From an uncultured Mycoplasmatota bacterium (lineage in GTDB: Bacteria > Bacillota_I > Bacilli_A > RF39 > UBA660): a stretch of 64,000 bases of DNA. This document shows positions 19,053 to 29,082 of the stretch, piece after piece. The first letter of the stretch is position 1. Every line of letters begins with the position of its first letter. The position numbers and the translations under genes were made by a program. Location: positions 11 to 64,010 of the forward strand of contig USRP01000001.1 of the NCBI GenBank assembly GCA_900557185.1, given 5' to 3'. Under the pieces are notes generated by a model, which did not search any database, was not told the DNA's origin, and saw only the letters and a program-made list of their open reading frames with translations.

Positions 19053-20256
19053 ACATTTCCCTCCTAATTGTCTGTTCTAAAGATCCTTTTGTTTCTAAAT
19101 CGATATCAACATTGACATTGATTTTTACTTTTGAATATTCTTCTTGATCCCATTTTAATTCTATATTTGAAAAGTATTTTGGATATTTCTGATAGAACAG
19201 ATTTCCAAATCCAAAGATATCGCTTTGAAATTCGTTTTGTGTTATATGAATCGTGTGAAAAATTTGTTGTTTCATTTTCTGTTCTAATTGTTGTTTGATT
19301 TCAGAAATGGTATTAGGATCACTTAAATTGGCATTGGTGTTAATTTCATTAATCGCAGCTTTTGCTTGTAAAGAGACATCGATGATTGGTTGATTTTGTT
19401 CTAATGTTGCTTTTCGTTTTATTTTAAAATTAGATAAGTGAAATACAATTTGATTGTCTTGATATTTGACATTTTCTAATGAATAAGCAGTCCTACGATT
19501 TAAGATATTAATCATTCGACTTTCATCTGCACTGACATATCCTACTAATTTCGTATTACGGAAGATAGCAAGTGTTCCTAGTTGTAGTTTGGTTTCTGGA
19601 TTGGTACTTTCTAAGTTTTGTTGTTTTTCTCCTTCTTTGACACTTCCTGATATTTTAATGGTAGGAAGTGTTGGATTAATTCCTGGTGTTAACATAGAAG
19701 CAATAAACTCACTGTATGTTAAATCGGTAGAGATACCTTGATAAGTAGAAGTATTTTTTAAATTCATAGAGACATTTTGTGATGGGTAAGATTCTAATGG
19801 TGAAGTAATTTTTAATACATCTACTGCTTTCGCATCTCTTGCAATTACAATATAGAAATTCTTTCTACTTTCTGGACTACGAATGAGGATATCAGATATT
19901 TTCGCAATTTCCTTTTCAGCAATATTCTCATCGATTACGACAACTGCTAGATGTCCTATGTATAATTGTTTTGGGCTCTCTAAATCGATATTATAAAAAG
20001 CTTCCATAACGGAATTACCATGTCCTTCATAGACAATGGTTTGACTCTGTCCTTCTTTACTGCTTGCTTCTTGTTTTTTTGAGTTAGCAACTAATACGCC
20101 AATGACATATTGATTGTCTTTTTTATCAATACTAAGACCGGTTACAATGGCTAAATTTTCTAATTCATGGTAGTTATAACACCCAGTTAATAGTAGGGCA
20201 AAAAGACTAAAAAAGAGAATTAGAAGACATTTCTTTTTCATTTTTTCACCCCCCAA
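19033..20256 (-). CDS. gerAC: Spore germination protein, Ger(x)C family lipoprotein
   Basis: Signal peptide with lipobox (LLLTGC). Size and position between the A and B subunits. Confidence 0.7.
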   Translation of the reverse strand: MGGEKMKKKCLLILFFSLFALLLTGCYNYHELENLAIVTGLSIDKKDNQYVIGVLVANSKKQEASSKEGQSQTIVYEGHGNSVMEAFYNIDLESPKQLYIGHLAVVVIDENIAEKEIAKISDILIRSPESRKNFYIVIARDAKAVDVLKITSPLESYPSQNVSMNLKNTSTYQGISTDLTYSEFIASMLTPGINPTLPTIKISGSVKEGEKQQNLESTNPETKLQLGTLAIFRNTKLVGYVSADESRMINILNRRTAYSLENVKYQDNQIVFHLSNFKIKRKATLEQNQPIIDVSLQAKAAINEINTNANLSDPNTISEIKQQLEQKMKQQIFHTIHITQNEFQSDIFGFGNLFYQKYPKYFSNIELKWDQEEYSKVKINVNVDIDLETKGSLEQTIRREMYGKTTK

Positions 20257-21707
20257 TTTAATCTTTTTTTATTTTTAGAAGATAAGTAACGTGGTCTTTC
20301 TTTAATTTTAGATTTTTGTTTTAATAATAAAGCATCATTTTGTTCTTTTAAATAGAACGGCGCAAAAGGTGTTAGATAAGGAATGCCAAATGTTTCTAAT
20401 GTCGAAAGATGGGTAATTAACATAATACTTGCGATAACGACACCAATCATGCCACAAATAGAAGCAAAGAAGATAAAGATAAGACGCCACCAACGAAGGG
20501 CATTGACCATATCGATATCGGTAAATAAGAGACCTGCTACAGATGTCATGGCGACGATGATGACGACAAAGGGACTGACAATTCCTGCATTGACTGCTGC
20601 ATCACCAAGTACGAGTCCTCCTACAACACTAATGGCTGTTCCCATTTTAGAGGGCATTCTAAGATCGCACTCCCGTAATAATTCAAAGGTAATACCGAGC
20701 ATGATGATTTCAAAAGCAGTTGGGAAGGGGACACCTTCTCTTTGAATCGCGACACTAATAAATAACTTATCAGGTATCATCTCAGGATTGTAGGTCATAA
20801 TCGCCACATAAGCAGCTGGTACAAGTAGTGTAACCAAGAAGCCGAGAATTCGTAAAAAACGGGAAAAATTGACGTTATATGACTTTTGATAGTAATCCCC
20901 TGGGGTATGGATAAAATCGATGAATAGGGTAGGAAAAATGAGTACAAATGGTGTATTTTCGACGAGGATTACAATCTTTCCCTCCAATAGAAAACCACAG
21001 ACAAAATCAGGTCTTTCCGTACTCATAATTTTTGGAAAAACAGATTTTTGAGGGTTTAAAAAACTACGTAAATTTCCACTATCTAAAACCCCATCAATAT
21101 CAATTTCTTGTAATCGTTTTTTTAATTGTTCTACTCGTTTTTGATCAGCAACATCACTTAAATAAGCTAAATTAATTTTTGTCTTCGTTCTACGACCGAC
21201 AAATAACTCTTCAAAATATAAGTTTGGATCTTTAATTCGTTTACGAATCAGTCCCTGATTGACCACAATATTTTCCGTAAAACTATCTTTTGGACCACGC
21301 AGTGAAGTTTCTGTATTCGATTCTTGAATACCTCTATCTAAAGTACTTTTTGTTTCTACGACAATGGCTTTGCTTTCTCCTTCGACAAAGATTGCAGTAA
21401 AACCATTTACTAAGTGGTAAAAGAGATCTTGATAAGTTGTTACTTCTTTAATTGTTCCATTGTATAGATGATTGTATAACTCTTGAAATACTTGTTTTCC
21501 ATTTACCGTACTAGATTCCATAATCTCCATAATACTGTGAATTAAAATATCACTAATCTTATCATCACTACTTACACTCTGTAAGAATAAAATACCAATT
21601 TGACATTGATCTTGTATAATTTTTCTAGTTTTTATATCACTACTTTTGCCATTCATTTTTTGAACAGTCAAAAATACTTTATCAATACTTTTTTCTATCT
21701 TTTTCAT
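20238..21707 (-). CDS. gerAA: Spore germination protein, GerA family (A subunit)
   Basis: 489 aa with soluble N-terminal domain and C-terminal 5-TM region typical of GerAA/GerBA/GerKA. Confidence 0.75.
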   Translation of the reverse strand: MKKIEKSIDKVFLTVQKMNGKSSDIKTRKIIQDQCQIGILFLQSVSSDDKISDILIHSIMEIMESSTVNGKQVFQELYNHLYNGTIKEVTTYQDLFYHLVNGFTAIFVEGESKAIVVETKSTLDRGIQESNTETSLRGPKDSFTENIVVNQGLIRKRIKDPNLYFEELFVGRRTKTKINLAYLSDVADQKRVEQLKKRLQEIDIDGVLDSGNLRSFLNPQKSVFPKIMSTERPDFVCGFLLEGKIVILVENTPFVLIFPTLFIDFIHTPGDYYQKSYNVNFSRFLRILGFLVTLLVPAAYVAIMTYNPEMIPDKLFISVAIQREGVPFPTAFEIIMLGITFELLRECDLRMPSKMGTAISVVGGLVLGDAAVNAGIVSPFVVIIVAMTSVAGLLFTDIDMVNALRWWRLIFIFFASICGMIGVVIASIMLITHLSTLETFGIPYLTPFAPFYLKEQNDALLLKQKSKIKERPRYLSSKNKKRLNWGVKK

Positions 21708-21805
21708 ATTATCCCTCTATTTTATTGTGACCAAAAATAAAGAAAATATTTGGAAATTTCAAAAAAAGAAGAGAATACATGATACAATGAATATGAGGGA
21801 TGTGT

Positions 21806-23026
21806 ATGGAATTTCAAGTAGAAATTGTAAGATTAGACGATCAAGGTAGAGGAATTGGTTATATCGATGGGAAAATTGTATTTGTTGAAAATGCATTACC
21901 ACAAGAAGTAGTACGTGTTTTCATTACGAAAGAAAAAAAGAAATTTTATGAAGCTAAAGTCATAGAGAGACTTGTTACAAGTCCTGATCGTGTTACAGCA
22001 AATTGTCCATATTATGATACTTGTGGTGGTTGTAACTTAATGCATTTAAATTATCACAAGCAGTTAGAATATAAAAAACAAAAAGGAATTCAAATATTAA
22101 AGAAATTTGCTGGTATGAAACTAGAAGATGCAGATATGATTGATAGTGATGAGTTTTATTATCGAAATAAAGTAGTGTTTCATGTTGAAGATGGTAAAAT
22201 GGGATATTATCAAAAGGAAAGTCACCATTTTGTTGAAATTGATACGTGTCTGTTATTACATCCAAAAATCAATCAGTTATTAACAGAATTAAAAGGAGCT
22301 CGTTTTTTAAATTCTGTGGAAAACGTTATGATTCGTACTTTTCAAGGTGGATTAGAAACACAAATTGTTTTTTATCCACAGGAAAACTTGAATCAAGAAG
22401 AGATTATCCACAGGATAAAGCATTTGGTAACTTCAATTTATGTGGATCACACATGTATTTATGGGAATGACGGAATATTAGAAAAAATTGGGGATAGGAA
22501 TTATTTGGTAAGACCAGAGTCTTTCTTTCAAGTCAATACGAAAACGACACAAAAGTTATACGATCAAGTGAAAGAGAAATTGGAACCTAGTAAGGATGAT
22601 ATTATCTTAGATCTTTATTGTGGAGCTGGAACGATTGGACTTTACATTGCTCCATATGTCAAGAATGTGTATGGTGTAGAGATTGTAAAAGAAGCCATTA
22701 TGAGTGCGAAAAAGAATCAAGAAATCAATCGTACTAAGAATATAGAATTCTATGTTGGTGATACCAAAACCATCTTAGAAAAATTCCATTTACAGGCTAA
22801 TAAAGTCATCGTCGATCCACCACGTAGTGGACTAGATCAAAAGACCAAGGAATATCTTCTAAAACTACAACCCCAACGAATTGTCTATGTCTCTTGTAAT
22901 CCCATCACACTGGCTCGTGATATCAAAGATTTAGGATCCAAATATCAATTTGAGACAGTTACATTCGTCGACATGTTTCCTAATACCGATCATATTGAAA
23001 GTGTCTGTTTATTAAACCTGATATAA
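21806..23026 (+). CDS. rlmD: 23S rRNA (uracil-5-)-methyltransferase RlmD/RumA family
   Basis: N-terminal TRAM domain, Fe-S cysteine cluster (CPYYDTCGGC), and C-terminal SAM-dependent MTase fold (…DLYCGAGTIG…VDPPRSG…). Confidence 0.75.
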   Translation: MEFQVEIVRLDDQGRGIGYIDGKIVFVENALPQEVVRVFITKEKKKFYEAKVIERLVTSPDRVTANCPYYDTCGGCNLMHLNYHKQLEYKKQKGIQILKKFAGMKLEDADMIDSDEFYYRNKVVFHVEDGKMGYYQKESHHFVEIDTCLLLHPKINQLLTELKGARFLNSVENVMIRTFQGGLETQIVFYPQENLNQEEIIHRIKHLVTSIYVDHTCIYGNDGILEKIGDRNYLVRPESFFQVNTKTTQKLYDQVKEKLEPSKDDIILDLYCGAGTIGLYIAPYVKNVYGVEIVKEAIMSAKKNQEINRTKNIEFYVGDTKTILEKFHLQANKVIVDPPRSGLDQKTKEYLLKLQPQRIVYVSCNPITLARDIKDLGSKYQFETVTFVDMFPNTDHIESVCLLNLI

Positions 23027-23045
23027 AAGTGATAGGAGTGATGAC

Positions 23046-23756
23046 ATGATGAAAGAAGCATTAATCCTTTTTTCCGGTGGAAAAGATTCCTTTTTATCAA
23101 CTTTAATGATGTTAGATCAAGGGTATAAAGTAAATCTTGTTACATTTGATAATGGTCATGAATTAAATATAAAAAAAGTATTGATAGGAGCTAAAAAAAT
23201 TCAGAAAAAATATGGCTCTGATAAAGTGAAAATTATTGGCATAAAAAAAATAGATGCGATATTTAGAGAATTTATTTGCTCATTTTATAATTATGATATA
23301 GAGTATATTCAAAAAGAATTTGGTAACATAACGATTTCGCAATTTCATTGTCTATCATGTCGTTTGGCAATGTATGTTTTGGGAATTATTATTTGTTTGC
23401 AAAAGAATATCAATTGCGTAGTAGATGGCGCTAGAGAAAGTCAATTATTTGCTATTGAACAGAGAAAAATGATAAAACAATTTCAACAGTTATTTCAAAA
23501 ATATGATTTAGAAATTGTATTTCCACTGTTATACGAGAAAGATGATTATTCTATCAAGAATCAAATATTAGCGCATGGTTTTGTACCCAAAATGAACGAA
23601 GGACAGTGCTTACTGGGAATGCCAATTTTACAACATTCTATAAATGATTCTATTATCGAAGGATGCTTCAACGTCTATCAGAAAGAACTTTATCCAAAAA
23701 TAGAAAAGATCATTGAAAGATATAAAAATATTGTATTTGAGGAGAACTATTTATAA
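23046..23756 (+). CDS. PP-loop (adenine nucleotide alpha-hydrolase superfamily) ATP pyrophosphatase of unknown specificity; SGGKDS motif as in TtcA/TtuA/Dph6(MJ0570)-type enzymes
   Basis: N-terminal LILFSGGKDSFLS PP-loop at residues 8-20. Conserved Cys pair (CLSC). 236 aa. Confidence 0.5.
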   Translation: MMKEALILFSGGKDSFLSTLMMLDQGYKVNLVTFDNGHELNIKKVLIGAKKIQKKYGSDKVKIIGIKKIDAIFREFICSFYNYDIEYIQKEFGNITISQFHCLSCRLAMYVLGIIICLQKNINCVVDGARESQLFAIEQRKMIKQFQQLFQKYDLEIVFPLLYEKDDYSIKNQILAHGFVPKMNEGQCLLGMPILQHSINDSIIEGCFNVYQKELYPKIEKIIERYKNIVFEENYL

Positions 23757-24262
23757 TGGATAATAGAAGTAAAAAATTTGTATTGATCCCTTTTTGTTTA
23801 ATTGCTCAAGCATATCAAGCACAGGGAATCGTAAAATACGAATGGAAAAGTTCGATTAGACCATTTATCGATGTACTTTTAGACCACGATATCAATATCA
23901 TTCAAATGCCTTGTGCCGAAGCACAATTTCACAATAGTTTAATTCGAGCACCAAAAGGAATTACCAAATATGACACGATAGAATTTAATCAACATTGTGA
24001 AAATCTATCCAATCAAGTAGCCAAACAAATCAGAGATTTAATCTCATCAGACTACGAAGTAGTTGCGATATTAGGCATAGAACAATCGCCATCTTGTTGT
24101 GTTAATTATATATATACCAATAAAGGAATGGAAAAACGAAGAGGATTGTTTATGCAAAAGCTATATGAAAAGATAGAAGATTTAAATATTCCTATCATTG
24201 GAATCAATCGAAAATATATCAATAAATCGTTAAACGAATTAAAAAAAGTACTAGAATCATAA
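23756..24262 (+). CDS. Hypothetical Cys-containing protein co-transcribed with the PP-loop ATPase
   Basis: ATAATGG overlap with upstream gene. Conserved-looking cysteines (…IPFCLIA…, …QMPCAEAQ…, …SPSCC…). No confident family. Confidence 0.4.
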   Translation: MDNRSKKFVLIPFCLIAQAYQAQGIVKYEWKSSIRPFIDVLLDHDINIIQMPCAEAQFHNSLIRAPKGITKYDTIEFNQHCENLSNQVAKQIRDLISSDYEVVAILGIEQSPSCCVNYIYTNKGMEKRRGLFMQKLYEKIEDLNIPIIGINRKYINKSLNELKKVLES

Positions 24263-24296
24263 GATGATTGAATACATATAATGTATTGGTGATAAT

Positions 24297-24554
24297 ATGT
24301 ATCAGTTAAAAGATGCGATTTATGCAGCTTCTGTACTAGGTGTTAACTTTGACAAATATACTCCGGAAGAATTTTTAGACGGAATTAATATTGAATTAGA
24401 ACATGGTACCGTAAGTCCTAAAACAAATGTGACCAATGATAATTTGATTACAACTGCCAAAATTGCCCTTGCTCATTTAAATGAATTTCCTAACTATTAT
24501 AATCCAGAGTATGGATTAAGACAGTTTGAAAAATTGTTACAATCAAAACTATAA
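24297..24554 (+). CDS. Hypothetical small protein
   Basis: 85 aa ORF, third gene in the same orientation. Terminator-like hairpin (tagatagattttatcta) follows. Confidence 0.35.
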   Translation: MYQLKDAIYAASVLGVNFDKYTPEEFLDGINIELEHGTVSPKTNVTNDNLITTAKIALAHLNEFPNYYNPEYGLRQFEKLLQSKL

Positions 24555-24639
24555 ATCATAGATGTAGATAGATTTTATCTACATTTTTTGTATTCTATTT
24601 TATAAATATGATAAAATGAAGAAAAGGAAGGATGATAAC

Positions 24640-25008
24640 ATGGTACAGTTTATTGAATATCCAAAGTGTTCAACTTGTAAAAAAGCAAAAACATGGTTAG
24701 AAGAACATCACATAGAATTTCATGATCGTGATATCACAACAGAAACACCGACAAAAGAAGAATTAAAAACATATTTAAAAATAAGTCAGTATCCAATTAA
24801 AAAATTTTTTAATACCAGTGGAAATTTATACAAAGAATTTGCTCTAAAAGATAAATTAGACACCATGAGTGAAGACGAAAAACTAGAATTATTAAGTCAA
24901 CATGGTATGTTAATTAAAAGACCACTTGTTGTGTCCGATTCATTCATCTTAGTCGGCTTTCGTGAAAAAGAATGGAACGAGTTATTATGCGAAAAGAATA
25001 TGTTGTAA
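24640..25008 (+). CDS. ArsC/Spx-family protein (Spx-like redox-sensitive regulator or arsenate-reductase-like thioredoxin fold)
   Basis: N-terminal CxxC (YPKCSTCKKAKTWLEEH), conserved LIKRPLVV and VGF motifs. ~122 aa. Confidence 0.55.
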   Translation: MVQFIEYPKCSTCKKAKTWLEEHHIEFHDRDITTETPTKEELKTYLKISQYPIKKFFNTSGNLYKEFALKDKLDTMSEDEKLELLSQHGMLIKRPLVVSDSFILVGFREKEWNELLCEKNML

Positions 25009-25835
25009 AAGAAGTTTGTATTTTAAAAGATTTTTTAGAGAAGAATATGACAGATATCTCAAAGCATAAGAGAAAATCATTGCTTACCAATGGTGTCATA
25101 GAAGTAAATGGAAAAGTACAAACTAAGTATAATTATCCTCTCAAAGTAGGAGATAAAATTACTTTTAGAGAAAAAGAAATCCCGACTTCTTTGAATATTC
25201 TTTATGAAGATGATGATATCATTGTAGTTGATAAACCATCTGGAGTATTAACCGTTGGAACGGATAAACACGAAGACAATACACTATACCGAGAAGTATC
25301 TTACTATGTCAAACAAAAGAAAGTATCAAACCGTATTTTTATTGTTCATCGTTTAGATAAAGATACTTCGGGCATAATTTTATTTTGTAAAAACCAGAAA
25401 TTAAAACGAATGTTTCAAGATCATTGGAATGAATTAGTATTAAAAAGAGAATATGTGGGAATCACAGAAGGAGTACCAAAACAAAAGAAAGGTACTGTTA
25501 TTCAGTATTTAAAAGAAAATGAACAGTTTATGGTATATGCGACAAGTTCGAAAGAAGGAAAAAAAGCAATTACCAATTATGAAGTAATAGAAGAGAATGG
25601 AAGGTATGCTTATGTTCGTTTTCAACTAGAAACAGGTCGTAAAAATCAAATTCGTGTCGCATGTAAGAGTTTAGGTTGTCCTTTAGTAGGAGATAAAAAA
25701 TATGGAGCTAAAACCAATCCTATGCATCGCTTATTACTTCATGCTTCTATGTTTGCTTGTATTCATCCTGTTACTCACAAAAAATTACAATTTTCTAGTA
25801 AAATACCAAAAAATTTTCAAAAATTGACAAAATAG
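24972..25835 (+). CDS. RluA-family pseudouridine synthase (RluD/YlyB-like)
   Basis: S4-like N-terminus and catalytic HRLDKDTSGIILF motif. Overlaps the upstream gene (alternative start at 24987). Confidence 0.7.
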   Translation: MERVIMRKEYVVKEVCILKDFLEKNMTDISKHKRKSLLTNGVIEVNGKVQTKYNYPLKVGDKITFREKEIPTSLNILYEDDDIIVVDKPSGVLTVGTDKHEDNTLYREVSYYVKQKKVSNRIFIVHRLDKDTSGIILFCKNQKLKRMFQDHWNELVLKREYVGITEGVPKQKKGTVIQYLKENEQFMVYATSSKEGKKAITNYEVIEENGRYAYVRFQLETGRKNQIRVACKSLGCPLVGDKKYGAKTNPMHRLLLHASMFACIHPVTHKKLQFSSKIPKNFQKLTK

Positions 25836-25838
25836 GAA

Positions 25839-25867
25839 TTGACAACAGTTAACAACATGTGTATAAT
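25839..25867 (+). promoter_or_regulatory. Strong sigma-A promoter (ttgaca-17-tataat) preceded by a second TTGACAA copy 15 bp upstream
   Basis: -35 at 25839-25844 and -10 at 25862-25867. Tandem direct repeat TTGACAA at 25824-25830 and 25839-25845. Confidence 0.45.
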
Positions 25868-25880
25868 GTCGATTAGTTAA

Positions 25881-25912
25881 GCAGTAGTATCATCACTACT
25901 GCTTTTTTATTT
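25881..25912 (+). terminator. Hairpin plus U-run located in the 5' leader just downstream of the promoter (terminator of upstream rluA-like gene and/or attenuator of the downstream operon)
   Basis: gcagtagt-atcatc-actactgc followed by ttttttattt. Lies between the promoter -10 and the RBS of ORF 25931. Confidence 0.4.
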
Positions 25913-25930
25913 ATGAAGGAGAGATGTGTG

Positions 25931-26143
25931 ATGAATGAGTTATTAGTAGCTTATGCGAAATGTATTCAACAGGCAATTGATTCTTTAGAAAGGCAACGCG
26001 CAATGTTTCGTGCAACGAACAGAAAACCAACACCAGAAGAAGAAGCTTCTATGAAATTGTTAAATGAGAGAATCATGAGAGGGTACAAGAATATCGAAGA
26101 TTATATTCAAGATTGTGCCAATGGTTTTTTAGATAAGAGATAA
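25931..26143 (+). CDS. Hypothetical small helical protein upstream of clpC
   Basis: RBS aaggagag 8 nt upstream of ATG 25931. 70 aa. Confidence 0.35.
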   Translation: MNELLVAYAKCIQQAIDSLERQRAMFRATNRKPTPEEEASMKLLNERIMRGYKNIEDYIQDCANGFLDKR

Positions 26144-26239
26144 TTCTGTCGATAAAAGATGTTTCTTTTTTCACACTTTTGGTTTAAAAAGACAAAATAT
26201 TTTCCATGATAGACATAGAATGGATGTGAAAGGAGATTC

Positions 26240-28541
26240 TATGTTTGGAAATTTTGAAGAAGATACAAGAAAAATATTAGTAAAAGCCAAAGCAGAAATG
26301 AAAAATTTAAGACATCCTTATGTCGGTAGTGAACATCTTTTACTGGCGATATTACATGATAAAAATGTAATCAGTGATAAATTAAAGAGTTATCAAGTTA
26401 CTTATGAAACTGTAAAAGAAGAAATCATAAAAGTAGTAGGGGTTGGTAGCAAAGAAAGTGAGTGGTTTTTATATACACCACTTTTAAAGCGTGTCTTAGA
26501 ACAAGCCGTAGTTGATAGTAAAGAAAATAATCAAGGAATTGTAACTGTAGAACACTTATTTTCTAGTTTATTAGAAGAAGGAGAAGGGGTAGCAATTCGT
26601 ATTTTAATTGGTATGGATGTCGATATTGATGACTTATATCAAGAGTTTTCTTATAAATTAAATCAAACGCATAAAAAGAGTAACCATAAGAAATTATTAT
26701 TAGAAGAATTTGGAATGGACTTAAATAAAAAGGCAGAGAATAAACAGTTAGATCCTGTTATTGGTAGAGAACAAGAAATACGTCGAGTTATGGAAATATT
26801 GACGAGAAAGAAGAAAAATAATCCCATTTTAGTAGGTCTTGCTGGAGTAGGAAAAACAGCGATTGTAGAAGAATTAAGTAGTCGTATTGTCAGAGGAGAA
26901 GTTCCCATTTCTTTAAAAAATAAACGAATTATTAGTGTTGATATGGCTACATTAGTAGCAGGAACAAAGTATCGTGGAGAATTCGAAGAAAGAATGCGTA
27001 AGATTTTAAAAGAGATAGAAGAAAACGATGATATTATCTTATTTATTGATGAAATTCATACCTTAGTAGGAGCAGGTGGTGCCGAAGGAGCAATTGATGC
27101 TTCTAATATATTAAAACCAGCCTTGGCTCGTGGGACACTTCATTTAATTGGTGCAACAACAATGGAAGAATATAAGAAATTTATCGAAAGTGATAGTGCA
27201 CTAGAAAGAAGATTTCAAAAAGTATATGTCGAAGAACCAAGTGTGGAAGAAACAATTCATATTTTAACCAAGATTAAACCAATTTATGAGAAATACCACT
27301 GTGTCACCTTACCTGATACATGTATTCGTGATATCGTAAAGTTATCGAGAGAATATATCTATGATAGATATGAACCAGATAAGTCAATTGATATCTTGGA
27401 TGAAGTATGTGCTAGAGTGAAGTTAAAAGAGAGTAAAGAATTAAAGAAATATAATGAAATGCATAAGAAGTTACAAAAAATTATCGAGGATAAAAAAGAA
27501 GCGATTGTAAGTCAAGATTTTAAAAGGGCTTCTAAGTTAAAGTCTAAAGAGAATGAGATTATGAATGATTTGAATACGTTAGAGTTATCTCTTTATAAAA
27601 AAGAGAAGAAGACGGTGACAAAAGAGGATTTAGCGGAAGTTATCCACCATAAAACGAAGATTCCTGTCTATGAGATTTTGAAAGAAAATAAGAAGATGAT
27701 TGAACATATTGAGAGTACACTTTCAAACCGTATTTTAGGGGAAGAAGAGGCAATTCAATCATTGATTCATATTGCGAAAAAGATTAAGCTAGGGTTTGCT
27801 GAAAATAAGAAGTCATATTCTATTTTGTTTTGTGGATCGACAGGAGTTGGGAAGACATGTTTAGCTCGTACATTTGGAGAATTATTGGTGGGAAAAGAAA
27901 ATGTGATAAAGCTTGATATGAGTGAATATAGTGAGTCCCATAGTGTTTCTAAATTAGTAGGAGCACCTCCTGGATATGTGGGATATCAAGATCAGAAGAA
28001 TGTCTTTGAAGAGATTCGTAATCATCCTCATTCTGTATTGATTTTAGACGAGATTGAGAAAGCGCATCCAGATGTATTAAATCTGTTTTTACAAATTTTA
28101 GAAGACCATCAGATCAAAGATTCTCGTGGGCGTGTGATTCGATTTGACCATACGATGATTTTAATGACTTCTAACATTGGTTTTCATGAAACTCATGTAG
28201 GATTTCATGGTGAGACAAAACAAACGATACAGACCCGTTTAAAAGAGTATTTTCAGATGCCATTTTTAAATCGTATCGATGATGTTGTCTTATTTCAACC
28301 ATTAAGTGAGGAAGTAATGAGAACATTAATCAAGAAACAACTACAAAATTTAAAAGAAAAATATCAGAAGCAAAATATTCAAATTGAATTTACAGATGAT
28401 TTAGAAGACCATATTCTAAAGAAATCAGAGTATGAAGAATATGGAGCTAGAAGATTAGAAAAAATTGTCAATGACTTATGTGAAAATCAAATTATCGATG
28501 AAATTTTAAATGAGAAAACAGAAATCACATTAAAAATTTAA
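26240..28541 (+). CDS. clpC: ATP-dependent Clp protease ATP-binding subunit ClpC (class III Hsp100)
   Basis: Two N-terminal Clp_N repeats, two AAA+ modules (GxxGVGKT Walker A x2) and a short UVR-like middle domain. RBS aaaggag upstream of ATG 26240. Confidence 0.8.
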
Positions 28542-28593
28542 GATAAGAGAATCATTTTAAAATTGATAGATTTGTAGATAGTAGGAGAGTATT

Positions 28594-28908
28594 ATGAGAG
28601 ATGTATTTGAAAATTATTTAAAAAATGGGTTATCTGAATATGATTCTAAATATTTAACAACATATCAATATGTTATGTTATTATCTAAAAATAATCATAT
28701 TACTCCATACTTTGCGAATGATGATTATATTTATTTTATTGAATATCCAATATCTGGTAAAAAGTATCATGGACCATCAGAAGTATTAGAAAGTGAGATG
28801 TCACTTTGTGGTAGTGAAGCTGGAATCATATATGAAAATATAGATGGACAGTTTCAAACCATTGCTTTTATTGATTTAAAGGAAAAGAATCAGAATTGTA
28901 GAAAGTAA
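28594..28908 (+). CDS. Hypothetical protein
   Basis: 104 aa ORF with an RBS (aggaga). Confidence 0.35.
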   Translation: MRDVFENYLKNGLSEYDSKYLTTYQYVMLLSKNNHITPYFANDDYIYFIEYPISGKKYHGPSEVLESEMSLCGSEAGIIYENIDGQFQTIAFIDLKEKNQNCRK

Positions 28909-29082
28909 ATATATTTTAAGATTATTAACGAAAGTAAAAAGTTAATAATCTTTTTATTTTTATAAAAAGTAATATAAAATAATAGTTGAAGTTTGAAAAC
29001 AGAAAATAGAAATTGCACGAAAAATTCAAAAAATCATTGCACAAATTTCTGAACATGATATAATAAGATTTAAGGTGATTAT

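Noticed and set aside
21708-21805. Sigma-G type forespore promoter upstream of gerAA on the minus strand
   Set aside because: Only a weak cacaata -10-like match with no convincing -35 (GnATA) at proper spacing, so it is not reportable as a feature.
25821-25850. Possible CtsR operator at the clpC promoter
   Set aside because: CtsR boxes are GGTCAAA heptads repeated with a 10-bp period. The TTGACAA/TTGTCAA copies here are 15 bp apart, and no ctsR-mcsA-mcsB genes precede clpC.
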